From a bacterium (GTDB lineage Bacteria; Zhuqueibacterota; Zhuqueibacteria; Zhuqueibacterales; Zhuqueibacteraceae), in NCBI GenBank assembly GCA_044869275.1, contig JBIOXB010000239.1:18843-82842 (forward strand): DNA of 64,000 bases, given 5' to 3'. Made by a program: the position numbers and the translations under genes. Below the pieces are notes generated by a model. It was not told the DNA's origin. It saw only the letters and a program-made list of their open reading frames with translations, and made no database searches. Below are positions 39,999 to 49,350 of the stretch, one piece after another; the first letter of the stretch is position 1, and the number at the start of each line of letters is the position of its first letter.

Positions 39999-42900
39999 TT
40001 AGATTTCATCTGCGCCCAAAGCACGCATGGCGATAATATTCACACTCACCGCCCCGTACTCTTCCTCCACCCTGCCGCCGATGACCAAGGGTCTGATCTT
40101 CGCCAGCAGGCGGCAGAATTTGTCATAGGCACGCGGGAACAAAGTGGCGTGAAAAATTCCGGTTTCATCTTCAAACGCCCAAAATTGCATGGACTCGTCC
40201 GTCTTGGTGGTGACGTCTTTGCTGGCAATGGGCCAGCCGGCGAGCTGAACGAATTTGCCCACGTGTTGAAACAAATCGACCGCTTGCACGCGTTTGATTT
40301 TTGCGATGGCGGCGCGGTATTCATCCAAAGGATGGCGCGAGATCAATGTGCCAAATGCGGTAATTTCACGCTGCAGGCATTCTTGCTTGCTATGCGGCCG
40401 GCAGCAGTGCTGGGCGCGCGCTTTCTGCTCGTCATAGCAATCGTCGAAATCACGCGGCCGGCCCAAGCCGGTCCAATAAGAATAAAGATAATGCAAGGCC
40501 GCTTGTGACAATTCCGGCTCCAGTTGGTCAAACACGCCGGCCATGATCAGCCTTTCCATGTCTGCGTCTTGAATGGGGACACGCTTTAAAAAATCCTGAA
40601 ATGATCTGAATCGCCCGCGTTGCTGGCGTTCGTCCACGATCCGGTCCTTGGCCTCAGCGTGCACCCCCTGTATCCACATCAAGCCAATCCTAACTTGCTG
40701 GCCTTCGCCGGTGCATTTGACCTCGCTTGCGTTGATGTCCGGCAGCAAGACTTGCAAGCCTGTTCTTTGGCATTCGCTGACATATGCGCGAAATCCCCAA
40801 AATCCGCCGTGATAGGACAAGCGCGCAGCCATGAACTCAGCAGGATAATGCGCTTTGAGATAAACACAGGTCAACGCTAGAATCACATACGAAGCGCTGT
40901 GCGCTTTGAGAAAGCTGTAATGCACGAATTGCAGAATTTGCTCGGCCGTTTGCCGGGCAACTTGTTCTGGAACGCCGTTCCTCCGGCAGCCTGCGAGGTA
41001 TTTGCGCATCAGGGCGCGCAGGCGCTGCTCGGATTTTTTAGCGGTCAGGGCTTTGCGCAGGGCATCGGCTTCCACTTCGGAGAAGCCGGCCAATTCCATG
41101 GCCACCAAGTTGACATGCTCTTGATACACCAGAATGCCATAGGTTTCACCCAAGATTGGAGCAAGCTTGGGGTGCAAATACTCAAATTTTCCGCCATAAA
41201 ACCGCCGCAGAAATTCCTGCATGCTCTTGTTGCTGGCGGGTCGAATGATGGACGACAGAATCACCAAGACCTCAAAGATGCGCTGCGGGCCGGTTTTTTT
41301 AAGCGCCGGTCCGATTTTCTGCAAGAGCTGCAAAAAAGACGCAGACTCAATATGAAAACAGGCCATGGTTTTGGCCTGGACGATGAGCTCGCAGGTTTTG
41401 CGGTCAGAGGCAAAACGCTGCCAATCGCGGTAGTCGAGGTCAACGCCGTATTTCTCCTTGATCGCCGCCAGTGCATCGCGAATCACACACAGTGAGGTAT
41501 TCCCCAGAATATCCACTTTGACCAAGCGCAGAACGTTTTCGGTTTGATCTTTTTCAGTTTGAATGGCGATGATGCCGTTTTTTGAGCGCTGGCGCGGGAG
41601 GTAATGATCGATGCCCTCGGGCGCAATCACGATGCCGCCGGGATGAAGCGACAGATGCGAAGGAACGCCCACCAGTTTCTCAGCATCCTGCAAAATCTGC
41701 GGCCATTTGTCCGAGAGCTTCACCCCGCGAAACATGGGGTGGGTTTTGTAGAAAGATGCGATGCTGCCGCCCCAGCCGGAAAAGTAACGCGTCACTTGCG
41801 CAATCTCAGCCTGGGGCAGGCCCTCCAATTCCGCCAAGCGCCGGATCGCCTGGCGCATGCCCATGCAATTGTGATTCGCCACCATGGCCACGTGCTTTTC
41901 ACCGTAATCGGCAAAGATGGAATCGATGATGCCGCGGCGCTCGTCCTGGCAATAGTCCATGTCGATGTCCGGCGGATCGGTGCGCGCTTCATTGAGAAAG
42001 CGGCCGAAGTAGAGATCGCAAGAGATGGGATCGACCGCGGTAATGTCGAGCAGATGGCTGATCAAACTGGCGGCGGCTGAGCCGCGACCGCAAGTGTATT
42101 TCGCCTTTTGTACGATCTCCCGCATCACTAAAAAAGTATCGGCAAAACCTTTGCGAATGACCAGATCGAGCTCCTTGTCCAAACGCGCCATCACTTCCGG
42201 CGAGGCCAGGTATTTTTTCTGCGCGGCAGCAATGGTGAGCTCGCGCAAAACTTCTGCAGAGGATTTGCCGGAAGGAAGTGTGGCGGCCGGGAAGATCATG
42301 CGGTCAAAACGCAAACGAAACGCCGCGCATTTTTCCGCAATGGTCACGGTGTTTCTGAGCGCTTCAGGATAGGCAGAAAACTCTTCTGCCATCTGCGCCG
42401 CGCTTTTGAACCAGGCTTCGGGGTGGGCGAGTTCAGCAGGCGGAACGGTTTTGAGAGTCTTTTTCAGATTGATTGCGCGCAATTTGACATGCAATTCATA
42501 ATCCTCGCGCGCGAGAAAGTGAACGTCATTGGTAACCACCGCGGGAATGCCGGTGGCGCGGCTAAACGCCATGGCCGCACTGCGATTTTGGCCGGGACGA
42601 AGCTCGGCATACAAATCTGCCGTGCCGCCCTGCGCCCGCAAGTGTTCGAGCAGTGAAAAACAATCGGTGATAATGACCAAGCCTTCATTTCTCTGGGTGA
42701 GAGCTTCCGGCAGCGCAAAGGCCGGATCGAGATGGCGTTGTGAAATGAGATGGCAAAGGTGAGAGTAACCCGTGCGCGTAAAGGGCAAAAGCACGGCTCG
42801 GCCCGTGGCATGACGAATCTCCGCACCCACGATCGGCGTGAGCTGATATTCCGAACACGCTTCTAAAAACCAGCCCAGGCCATAAAGGCCGTTGACCTCG

Positions 42901-43013
42901 GTGAGCGCGAGGGCACTGCAGCCCAGCTGTCGGGCGTGGCGGCAAAGATTTTCGATGGAGGCCGTGCCCACGCCCATGGAATAAAACGAGCGCACGGAAA
43001 GATGTGTGAACAT
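39999..43013 (-). CDS. dnaE2: Error-prone DNA polymerase III alpha subunit (DnaE2/ImuC-like)
   Basis: PHP N-terminus (HLSVRSFYS), GRGSAAAS, PPDIDMD, HPGG, KVDILG, ETYGILVYQE, F.KAHSASY, OB fold EDETG; follows an ImuB-like gene. Confidence 0.9.
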   Translation of the reverse strand: MFTHLSVRSFYSMGVGTASIENLCRHARQLGCSALALTEVNGLYGLGWFLEACSEYQLTPIVGAEIRHATGRAVLLPFTRTGYSHLCHLISQRHLDPAFALPEALTQRNEGLVIITDCFSLLEHLRAQGGTADLYAELRPGQNRSAAMAFSRATGIPAVVTNDVHFLAREDYELHVKLRAINLKKTLKTVPPAELAHPEAWFKSAAQMAEEFSAYPEALRNTVTIAEKCAAFRLRFDRMIFPAATLPSGKSSAEVLRELTIAAAQKKYLASPEVMARLDKELDLVIRKGFADTFLVMREIVQKAKYTCGRGSAAASLISHLLDITAVDPISCDLYFGRFLNEARTDPPDIDMDYCQDERRGIIDSIFADYGEKHVAMVANHNCMGMRQAIRRLAELEGLPQAEIAQVTRYFSGWGGSIASFYKTHPMFRGVKLSDKWPQILQDAEKLVGVPSHLSLHPGGIVIAPEGIDHYLPRQRSKNGIIAIQTEKDQTENVLRLVKVDILGNTSLCVIRDALAAIKEKYGVDLDYRDWQRFASDRKTCELIVQAKTMACFHIESASFLQLLQKIGPALKKTGPQRIFEVLVILSSIIRPASNKSMQEFLRRFYGGKFEYLHPKLAPILGETYGILVYQEHVNLVAMELAGFSEVEADALRKALTAKKSEQRLRALMRKYLAGCRRNGVPEQVARQTAEQILQFVHYSFLKAHSASYVILALTCVYLKAHYPAEFMAARLSYHGGFWGFRAYVSECQRTGLQVLLPDINASEVKCTGEGQQVRIGLMWIQGVHAEAKDRIVDERQQRGRFRSFQDFLKRVPIQDADMERLIMAGVFDQLEPELSQAALHYLYSYWTGLGRPRDFDDCYDEQKARAQHCCRPHSKQECLQREITAFGTLISRHPLDEYRAAIAKIKRVQAVDLFQHVGKFVQLAGWPIASKDVTTKTDESMQFWAFEDETGIFHATLFPRAYDKFCRLLAKIRPLVIGGRVEEEYGAVSVNIIAMRALGADEI

Positions 43014-43059
43014 GAATCATGGCAATATGGTTTCTTCGTGCCGCTTAATTTTTCGCCGC

Positions 43060-44211
43060 TCACAGCGCGCGTGCATAGCCAACCTTTTCGCCAAACCTAC
43101 CCTTGATCGCGTCCAAGGCCGCCTCCAGCGTGTGACGCTTTTCTTCCTGCGTGTTTTCAAATAAAGAAAGCTGTGCCGAGAACGGAACGATTTGTGGAAG
43201 GCGCAGCATGAGCGTGCGCACACCGACGCGGCGTTGCAGGGCTTTGCGGAGCAAATGTTCCGCTGCTTGTTTGAGTGCAAAGTCATCACTCGCCGCCTGG
43301 CGCAATTTGATTTGCGCCTGCGCCGAGCGCCGATCCGAGTGCTCTATTTCCAGCACCAGACTCATGGCCGCCAGACGCTCGGCGCGCAGCTTCATCCCGG
43401 CTTCTTCAACCAGCCGCAACAACTGGTGGCGCAAAATTTCGACATCATTGGTATCCGGCGAAAGCACCACGCCAAACACCTGCTCCTGGCGTTCTTTTTC
43501 CGATATAACGGGCGAGAGATCAATGCCGTGCGCTTGTTCATTCAGCTTGCGGCCGAGCCGGCCAAACAGCACCGCCAAGTCCTCGCCTGCCAAACTGGCC
43601 ACCCAACCAATGCGCCGCAGGTTCATAAGCTCGAGCTGGTGCCACATTTTACCCTCCACCACCGGCAATAGCTGCGCCGGATGCGGGGCCAGAAACGTGC
43701 TTTCCTCACCGGCTTTCACCCAGCGCAGTTCATGGCGTTCCGGCATGGTCTGCGCCGCAATCATGCTCACCAGTTTGTTGCTCGCCAGAGCCGCCACGGC
43801 GTTCATGCCCATCTGGCGAATATCCTTCACCGTGTGATAGCAAATATGCGACAGGCGTGCGGGATTTTTTGAGATATAAGACAAATCCGCATAACCTCGG
43901 CCCAGGGGCGCATGCTCGGCCAGGGGACTTATCTTGCGCATGAGATGGAACATGGCCACGCTGCCGCTGTGATAGTAGTGTGCATCATAGGGCAGAATCA
44001 GCAAGTCCCGGCACAGGCCTTTCGCGGCAGATAAGAGCATGCCTTGTTGAATGCCACACGCGCCGGCTTCACGCGAAGCGGCGCGCACCAGCGCCCGCGT
44101 CTTGCCCGTTTGCACCACGGCCAGCGGCCGACCTTTGAGCTGGGGCACGCGCAGGCATTCCATCTGCACGTGAAATTCCGGTACGGCGAAGTGTGCAACA
44201 TGTCGCTCCAT
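43060..44211 (-). CDS. imuB: Catalytically degenerate Y-family polymerase (ImuB-like)
   Basis: PQLKGRPLAV, ASREA..GI..GM, SNKLVS; catalytic Asp/Glu motifs replaced (HFAVPEF, APLGRGY); clamp motif QLSLF; ALDAIKGRFG. Confidence 0.8.
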   Translation of the reverse strand: MERHVAHFAVPEFHVQMECLRVPQLKGRPLAVVQTGKTRALVRAASREAGACGIQQGMLLSAAKGLCRDLLILPYDAHYYHSGSVAMFHLMRKISPLAEHAPLGRGYADLSYISKNPARLSHICYHTVKDIRQMGMNAVAALASNKLVSMIAAQTMPERHELRWVKAGEESTFLAPHPAQLLPVVEGKMWHQLELMNLRRIGWVASLAGEDLAVLFGRLGRKLNEQAHGIDLSPVISEKERQEQVFGVVLSPDTNDVEILRHQLLRLVEEAGMKLRAERLAAMSLVLEIEHSDRRSAQAQIKLRQAASDDFALKQAAEHLLRKALQRRVGVRTLMLRLPQIVPFSAQLSLFENTQEEKRHTLEAALDAIKGRFGEKVGYARAL

Positions 44212-44213
44212 TT

Positions 44214-44468
44214 TTAATGCACCAGACTCATGCGTGCCAAGCGGCAGGACAAATCCGCGGGATCGATCACGATTTCCATGGCGGTATCTTCCTGCGTCAT
44301 ACAGGCGACATGAATCTTATAACCCTGCCCAAATTTTTGCCGCCACGTATTGTTGACGGCCTGCACGTGATATACCGTTTGGCCCCAAAAAATTTGCTCC
44401 GGCACGATCTTGCCGCCCCCCACTCGCAACACCACCTCCACGGCTTCGTCGATCTCCTGAAATTGCAT
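44214..44468 (-). CDS. Small DUF6504-like protein
   Basis: IDEAVEV...PEQIFWGQTVYHVQAVNNTW; strong RBS aggagg; stop is 2 bp from the imuB start. Confidence 0.7.
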   Translation of the reverse strand: MQFQEIDEAVEVVLRVGGGKIVPEQIFWGQTVYHVQAVNNTWRQKFGQGYKIHVACMTQEDTAMEIVIDPADLSCRLARMSLVH

Positions 44469-44536
44469 AAAGCACCTCCTGTTCTTTGTCGTCCGTTCAT
44501 GATGAAAATGCTCCCAGGAATGGCGCTCCCCACCCT

Positions 44537-44791
44537 TCAGCCATTGAGCTCAATCTCTAACAGTGTCCACGTTCTTTTGCCATGATGATATTCCACCACC
44601 ATTTCTTTCCACACCACTGCGCTGAGCGTAATTTTTTCCACCCGGCCGTCTTTGGTTTTCCCCGTGCGGCGTTTGATCACCTTGGCCACGGCATACTGCT
44701 TCTTGTTCCACCTCACTTGCATCGGAAGTAGCTGGCCATCTTGTGTGCGGCTGATCACGTCCACGGTCTGATTGATGGTTTTTCGAGCCAT
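44537..44791 (-). CDS. Small DUF6504-like protein (paralog)
   Basis: INQTVDV...PMQVRWNKKQYAVAKV...WTLLEI; RBS aaagga. Confidence 0.7.
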   Translation of the reverse strand: MARKTINQTVDVISRTQDGQLLPMQVRWNKKQYAVAKVIKRRTGKTKDGRVEKITLSAVVWKEMVVEYHHGKRTWTLLEIELNG

Positions 44792-44814
44792 GGGTACCGT
44801 CCTTTGATTGGTGA

Positions 44815-44869
44815 ACAAAATTACTCATTTTGTGATGGCTAATATAGTGTACTTACGTATCCCATGCAA
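44815..44869 (-). promoter_or_regulatory. Sigma70 promoter TTGCAT-N17-TATATT with palindromic operator ACAAAAT-N5-ATTTTGT at the predicted start site
   Basis: -35 at 44864-44869, -10 at 44841-44846, palindrome at 44815-44833. Confidence 0.65.
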
Positions 44870-44875
44870 TGAAGA

Positions 44876-44904
44876 AAATAAAAAACCCCAAAATTTTTTG
44901 GGGT
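44876..44904 (-). terminator. Intrinsic terminator after the DUF72 gene
   Basis: Minus strand ACCCCAAAA-AA-TTTTGGGGT followed by a T-run. Confidence 0.55.
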
Positions 44905-44941
44905 AGAATAGTGCCACAATTATAAACTTTAATTACATATA

Positions 44942-45853
44942 TTACATTAGGTTGCCACGAATACGCTCATCCAGTTCTTGAACCGTCATGGGGGCGCAGC
45001 CTTCGGTGCGGTTATTCACGAGTATATAAAAAGGAATGTTGAACTCTAGAGCCTTGTCAACCAGGTCCTCGATGTCATCTCGCATCATGGGAAGCCGGGT
45101 TTTGATGGCATCGTATGGCGCGTTCATCTGCACGGCTTTCTCGTACTTCACGCCCAACGGGGTGAGCAAACGCGCCACGGCAAAATCTGCGGTGAAAGGC
45201 TTCTCCCCTGCTGCAGCCATTTGCTCGACAAGCCGCGGCATCTTCGTCCAGTGATTGTAAACATGGCTCACGTTATGCCGGCGCAGGGTTTCGAAATACT
45301 CCGGCTTGAGAAAAGCTTTGTTGCGCAGCTCAACAGCGAATGGAAATTCACCGGGTAATGCAGAGAAGAAGGCCTCGAGCTTTTCGAGAAAGAACGTAAG
45401 CGAGGGAATGGTGGGTGGATACATCTCACCGAACTCAAACACCAGCGGGCCGGTGTGCGCTTTGAATGCCATGTCATAAACCGCCAGCACTTCGGCTTTG
45501 AATTTTTCCGCATCGAGAAAATGCGGATTCTCTTTGCCCGCCTTTTTGCCGTAGCGTTTCTGCTGGCTCCATTTGGGCACGGTGAACTCGTCCCACACTT
45601 TGCTCACGCATTTGAAGCCTTTGGGCAAATGGCGCGCATACTCCTCGAGCACAAATGGATTCGGCGGCGCGTAAAAGGTGTTGTCAATCCCCACCGTGGA
45701 AAACGGCTTGAAGGCCGAATACTCTGCCAGCGATTCGGTTTTGATCGTCTTGGCGGTGTAGGGTTTGTGATAAACAATGCCCTGCCACTCGGGATACGTC
45801 CATGTCGAAGTGCCCCAGTGGATGAGGTGTTGGTACTTTTCAAGCTTGGTCAT
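44942..45853 (-). CDS. DUF72 (YecE-like) TIM-barrel protein
   Basis: GTSTWTYPEWQG..Y, L.EY, TVGIDNTFY, AVELRN, VNNR.EG.AP. Confidence 0.9.
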   Translation of the reverse strand: MTKLEKYQHLIHWGTSTWTYPEWQGIVYHKPYTAKTIKTESLAEYSAFKPFSTVGIDNTFYAPPNPFVLEEYARHLPKGFKCVSKVWDEFTVPKWSQQKRYGKKAGKENPHFLDAEKFKAEVLAVYDMAFKAHTGPLVFEFGEMYPPTIPSLTFFLEKLEAFFSALPGEFPFAVELRNKAFLKPEYFETLRRHNVSHVYNHWTKMPRLVEQMAAAGEKPFTADFAVARLLTPLGVKYEKAVQMNAPYDAIKTRLPMMRDDIEDLVDKALEFNIPFYILVNNRTEGCAPMTVQELDERIRGNLM

Positions 45854-46082
45854 GATGATATCCCAAAAGAGTTCATACCTTTATTCTGCACTGCGGAGAG
45901 CAAAGAAGCAAGGACAAAATTTGGTTGATAAAGGAGGAGTTAGTTTTTATCTTGCTTTGTTTGCAATCCAAACCGAATGAACCGCCCGCACCTCGTCGCT
46001 ACCGCTCCATGGCGGCCATGAACTGACGCACCATTCACGCAGTGAAGCCATTGCCCGTCTTCTCCCCCAATCATTGTCGCGC

Positions 46083-49000
46083 ATGATAAAAACCACCGCC
46101 CTCACGGTCTTTTTTTGCCTCGCTGTGCACCTTGTTTCTGCTCCAGCGGGACAAGAGCACCATCACGAAGCCGGCAGGCCCTTCCTCCGCAACTACAACC
46201 CCAAAGAATACGGCGCAGCGTTTAATTACTGGGCCATTGCACAAGATCAACGCGGGGTCATGTATTTTGGCAATTGGAACGGTGTGCTCGAATACGACGG
46301 CGTTTCGTGGCGCCTGATTTCCACGCCCAACAGGTCCGGCGTGCGATCATTGGCCGTCAATGAGAATGGCGTCATCTATGTTGGCGCCGTCGGTGACCTG
46401 GGTTATCTCGCGCCCGACTCCCTGGGCGATATGCAATTCGTCTCTTTGCTCGATCACGTCAAGCCGGAGAACCGCGAATTCAATGAAGTGTGGTATTCTT
46501 ATGCCACGGCGCAAGGCGTTTACTTCCGCACGGATAGAATTCTGTTGCGCTGGGCGAATAACCGCATGCAAACCTGGAAACCACGCACCTCCTTTTCAGG
46601 TTTGTTCGTGGTGCGCGATCGCGTTTATATTCAGCAGTGGGGCCTCGGGCTGGAGGAGCTGGCGGGAGATTCTTTACGCTTGGCGCGCGGCGGGGCGCGA
46701 TTTGCGCATGAGCGCATTTATGTGATGTTGCCTCATGCCGAGGCGAAAATCTTGATTGGCACACGCGAGCAGGGCTTGATTCTGTATGATGGCACTTCCT
46801 TTCAAGCTTTCCCCCTCGCTCCCGCCACCACGGCATTCCTACGCGAAAATCAACTCTCGCACGGCACGGTATTGCGAGATCATACCTTTGCATTGGCGAC
46901 GCTACGAGGCGGGACAGCGATCATGGACCAGCGGGGGCAGCTGCTTCAGCTTTTGAACAAAGCTGCGGGCCTGCAAGAAAATGACGCCAATTTGGTCTTT
47001 GCCGATCGGCAGGGCGCGATATGGCTGGCGCAAGGACGCGGTCTCGCGCGCGTTGAAACCGCCGCACCGCTATCGCTCTACGGTGAACCGGCCGGAATCA
47101 AAGATTTTGTGTCGTCCATTCTCAGGCATCGAGGCACTTTGTATGTGGCGACCGGCCTCGGCGTTTTCTATTTGCCCGCGCGCTCCCTAGCAACGAATTC
47201 GCAACCTCTTTCAAATTCAGTTCGTGCGCCGGAGTTCCGGCCCCTGGCTGGAATCACGGCGCAAAGCTGGTCACTGCTCTCGGCCGGCAACACCTTGCTC
47301 GCAGCGACCAATGACGGCGTTTATCAGATTGCGGGCGATCGGGCAAGCTTTGTCAAAAAATCCGTCGAGGATTCGTTTTTTTCAATGGTACTCCATCGCT
47401 CCAAGCAAGACTCCAATCGCGTTTACGTCGGATTAAGAGATGGTCTGGCCTCTTTACGATTTGATCACGCCACCTCGACGTGGATCGACGAAGGGCGAAT
47501 CCATGGCATTCACGAGCCCATTTGGAGCATCGTGGAGAGCGAAGACGGCAAGCTTTGGCTGGGAACAGAAGCGCAGGGCGTTCTGCGGGTGAATCTCCCG
47601 GAGCGAGTTTCCCTTCAAACGCGGGGGACCGGGAATACGACAATCGCACGTTTTGATTTCCAGCAGGGCTTGCCGAAAGGATGGGTCGGGGTTTATCCCG
47701 TTGGCGCACGGACAATTTTTACCAGTGATGAGGGTCTCTTTCGCTTTGACCGAGAAAGGAATAGATTTCTTCCGGATTCGACTTACGGCAGCATGTTTGC
47801 CGATGGCTCTCGCGATGTTGAAATCGTAACCGAGGATCGGCACGGCAACGTCTGGCTGGGGTCGGAAGAAGCCGCAGAAATCAATCGCGCGCTGCGCCAG
47901 CCGGATGGATCTTATTTGCCGGAAAAAGGCTCCACGCTTCGGCTTGCGAGAACGGCGATCTGGGCCATCTACCCCGAACATATTCTCACTGATAACGGGG
48001 CCAATTCTGTGGTTTGGTTCGGAGGCCCGGAGGGTCTTCTGCGCTACGATGCCAATATCCCCAAGCGCGAGAGCGTGGATTATCCGGCCCTTATTCGGCG
48101 TGTGACCATCGCATGCGAAACCGGGCGGGATTCCGTCATCTTCGCCGGCACAGCTTCGCTCGGAGCATCGTATCCCACTGGCGAGCAACTTGAAGTTTTG
48201 CACTCTACGCTCTTCACTCTCGGCCCTGCGCTTTCCCATGACCACAATGCTCTGCGTTTTGAATTTGCCGCTCCCAATTTTGAGGAGGAGTCCGCCAACC
48301 AATTTCAATGTTTTTTGGAGGGCTTTGATCAAAGTTGGTCGGCGTGGAGCAAGGCAGCCGAAAAGGATTACACCAACCTGTCGGAGGGCGGGTATCGTTT
48401 TCGCGTGCGCGCGAGAAACGTTTACGAGCAGGAGAGCCGTGAAGCGGTTTATGCCTTTAGAGTCTTGCCGCCATGGTATCGCACATGGTGGGCGTATGCC
48501 GGCTATGCAGGCATTGCCGGCGCGAGCTTGCTCGGCTGGCGGCGTTACGACGTGAACCGGCAAAGACAGAAAGTCGAACATCAGCGCCGCGCCAAAGAGC
48601 TGGAAGAAGCGCGCCTATTGCAGCTTTCCATGCTGCCACAACTGATTCCCCAGTTGCCCAATCTCGAGCTCGCCGCTTTCATGAAACCCGCCACCGAAGT
48701 CGGCGGCGATTATTATGATTTTTATTTGGGCAAGGATGGCGCTTTGACGGTGGCGCTCGGCGATGCGACCGGGCACGGGCTCAAAGCCGGAACGATGGTC
48801 ACGGCGATGAAAAGCTTGTTCATGGCGCTTGCGCCCGAGGGTGAACTCTCTGGAATTTTGCAGCAGTCGAATCAAGCGCTCAAACGTATGAATCTGCGCC
48901 AGATTTACATGACGTTGTTGCTGGTGAGAATCACCGGCCTGCGGATCTCGATTTGTGGCGCGGGCCTGCCGCCGGTTTTGATTCATCGCGCCGCAACGCA

Positions 49001-49307
49001 GCGCGTGGAAGAAATAGATCTCAAAGGAATGCCGCTGGGAAGCGTGCCAGATTTTCCTTATGAACAGCGGGACTTGGAGCTCACACCTGGGGATGTGATT
49101 TTATTGATGAGTGACGGTTTCACCGAACGCTTCAATCCGCGCGGCGAGACTTTGGGATATGAGCTGGCCAAAGCCGTGCTGGCAGAAGTGGCGCAGCAAT
49201 CGGCGCATGACATCATTCAGTGTTTTGTGCAGGCCGGCGATGCCTGGGCCAATGGCAGCCCGCAGAATGATGATACCACGTTTGTGGTGGTGAAGGTCAA
49301 AGCTTGA
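46083..49307 (+). CDS. Membrane sensor: periplasmic beta-propeller + Y_Y_Y + TM + PP2C/SpoIIE phosphatase
   Basis: Signal peptide; AIAQDQRG..YFGN..GVLEYDG repeats; LEGFDQSWS..YTNLSEGGYRFRVRARN; PPWY; EVGGDYYDF, GDATGHG, SDGFTE, DDTT. Confidence 0.9.
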   Translation: MIKTTALTVFFCLAVHLVSAPAGQEHHHEAGRPFLRNYNPKEYGAAFNYWAIAQDQRGVMYFGNWNGVLEYDGVSWRLISTPNRSGVRSLAVNENGVIYVGAVGDLGYLAPDSLGDMQFVSLLDHVKPENREFNEVWYSYATAQGVYFRTDRILLRWANNRMQTWKPRTSFSGLFVVRDRVYIQQWGLGLEELAGDSLRLARGGARFAHERIYVMLPHAEAKILIGTREQGLILYDGTSFQAFPLAPATTAFLRENQLSHGTVLRDHTFALATLRGGTAIMDQRGQLLQLLNKAAGLQENDANLVFADRQGAIWLAQGRGLARVETAAPLSLYGEPAGIKDFVSSILRHRGTLYVATGLGVFYLPARSLATNSQPLSNSVRAPEFRPLAGITAQSWSLLSAGNTLLAATNDGVYQIAGDRASFVKKSVEDSFFSMVLHRSKQDSNRVYVGLRDGLASLRFDHATSTWIDEGRIHGIHEPIWSIVESEDGKLWLGTEAQGVLRVNLPERVSLQTRGTGNTTIARFDFQQGLPKGWVGVYPVGARTIFTSDEGLFRFDRERNRFLPDSTYGSMFADGSRDVEIVTEDRHGNVWLGSEEAAEINRALRQPDGSYLPEKGSTLRLARTAIWAIYPEHILTDNGANSVVWFGGPEGLLRYDANIPKRESVDYPALIRRVTIACETGRDSVIFAGTASLGASYPTGEQLEVLHSTLFTLGPALSHDHNALRFEFAAPNFEEESANQFQCFLEGFDQSWSAWSKAAEKDYTNLSEGGYRFRVRARNVYEQESREAVYAFRVLPPWYRTWWAYAGYAGIAGASLLGWRRYDVNRQRQKVEHQRRAKELEEARLLQLSMLPQLIPQLPNLELAAFMKPATEVGGDYYDFYLGKDGALTVALGDATGHGLKAGTMVTAMKSLFMALAPEGELSGILQQSNQALKRMNLRQIYMTLLLVRITGLRISICGAGLPPVLIHRAATQRVEEIDLKGMPLGSVPDFPYEQRDLELTPGDVILLMSDGFTERFNPRGETLGYELAKAVLAEVAQQSAHDIIQCFVQAGDAWANGSPQNDDTTFVVVKVKA

Positions 49308-49350
49308 GGCGTGTCCGGCTGGGCAAAAGACGCCGCCTGGAATAGGCCCC

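Noticed and set aside
39999..43013. Primary replicative DnaE or an intein-containing polymerase
   Set aside because: Short (1004 aa), lacks the C-terminal tau-binding region, follows imuB; no intein motifs seen
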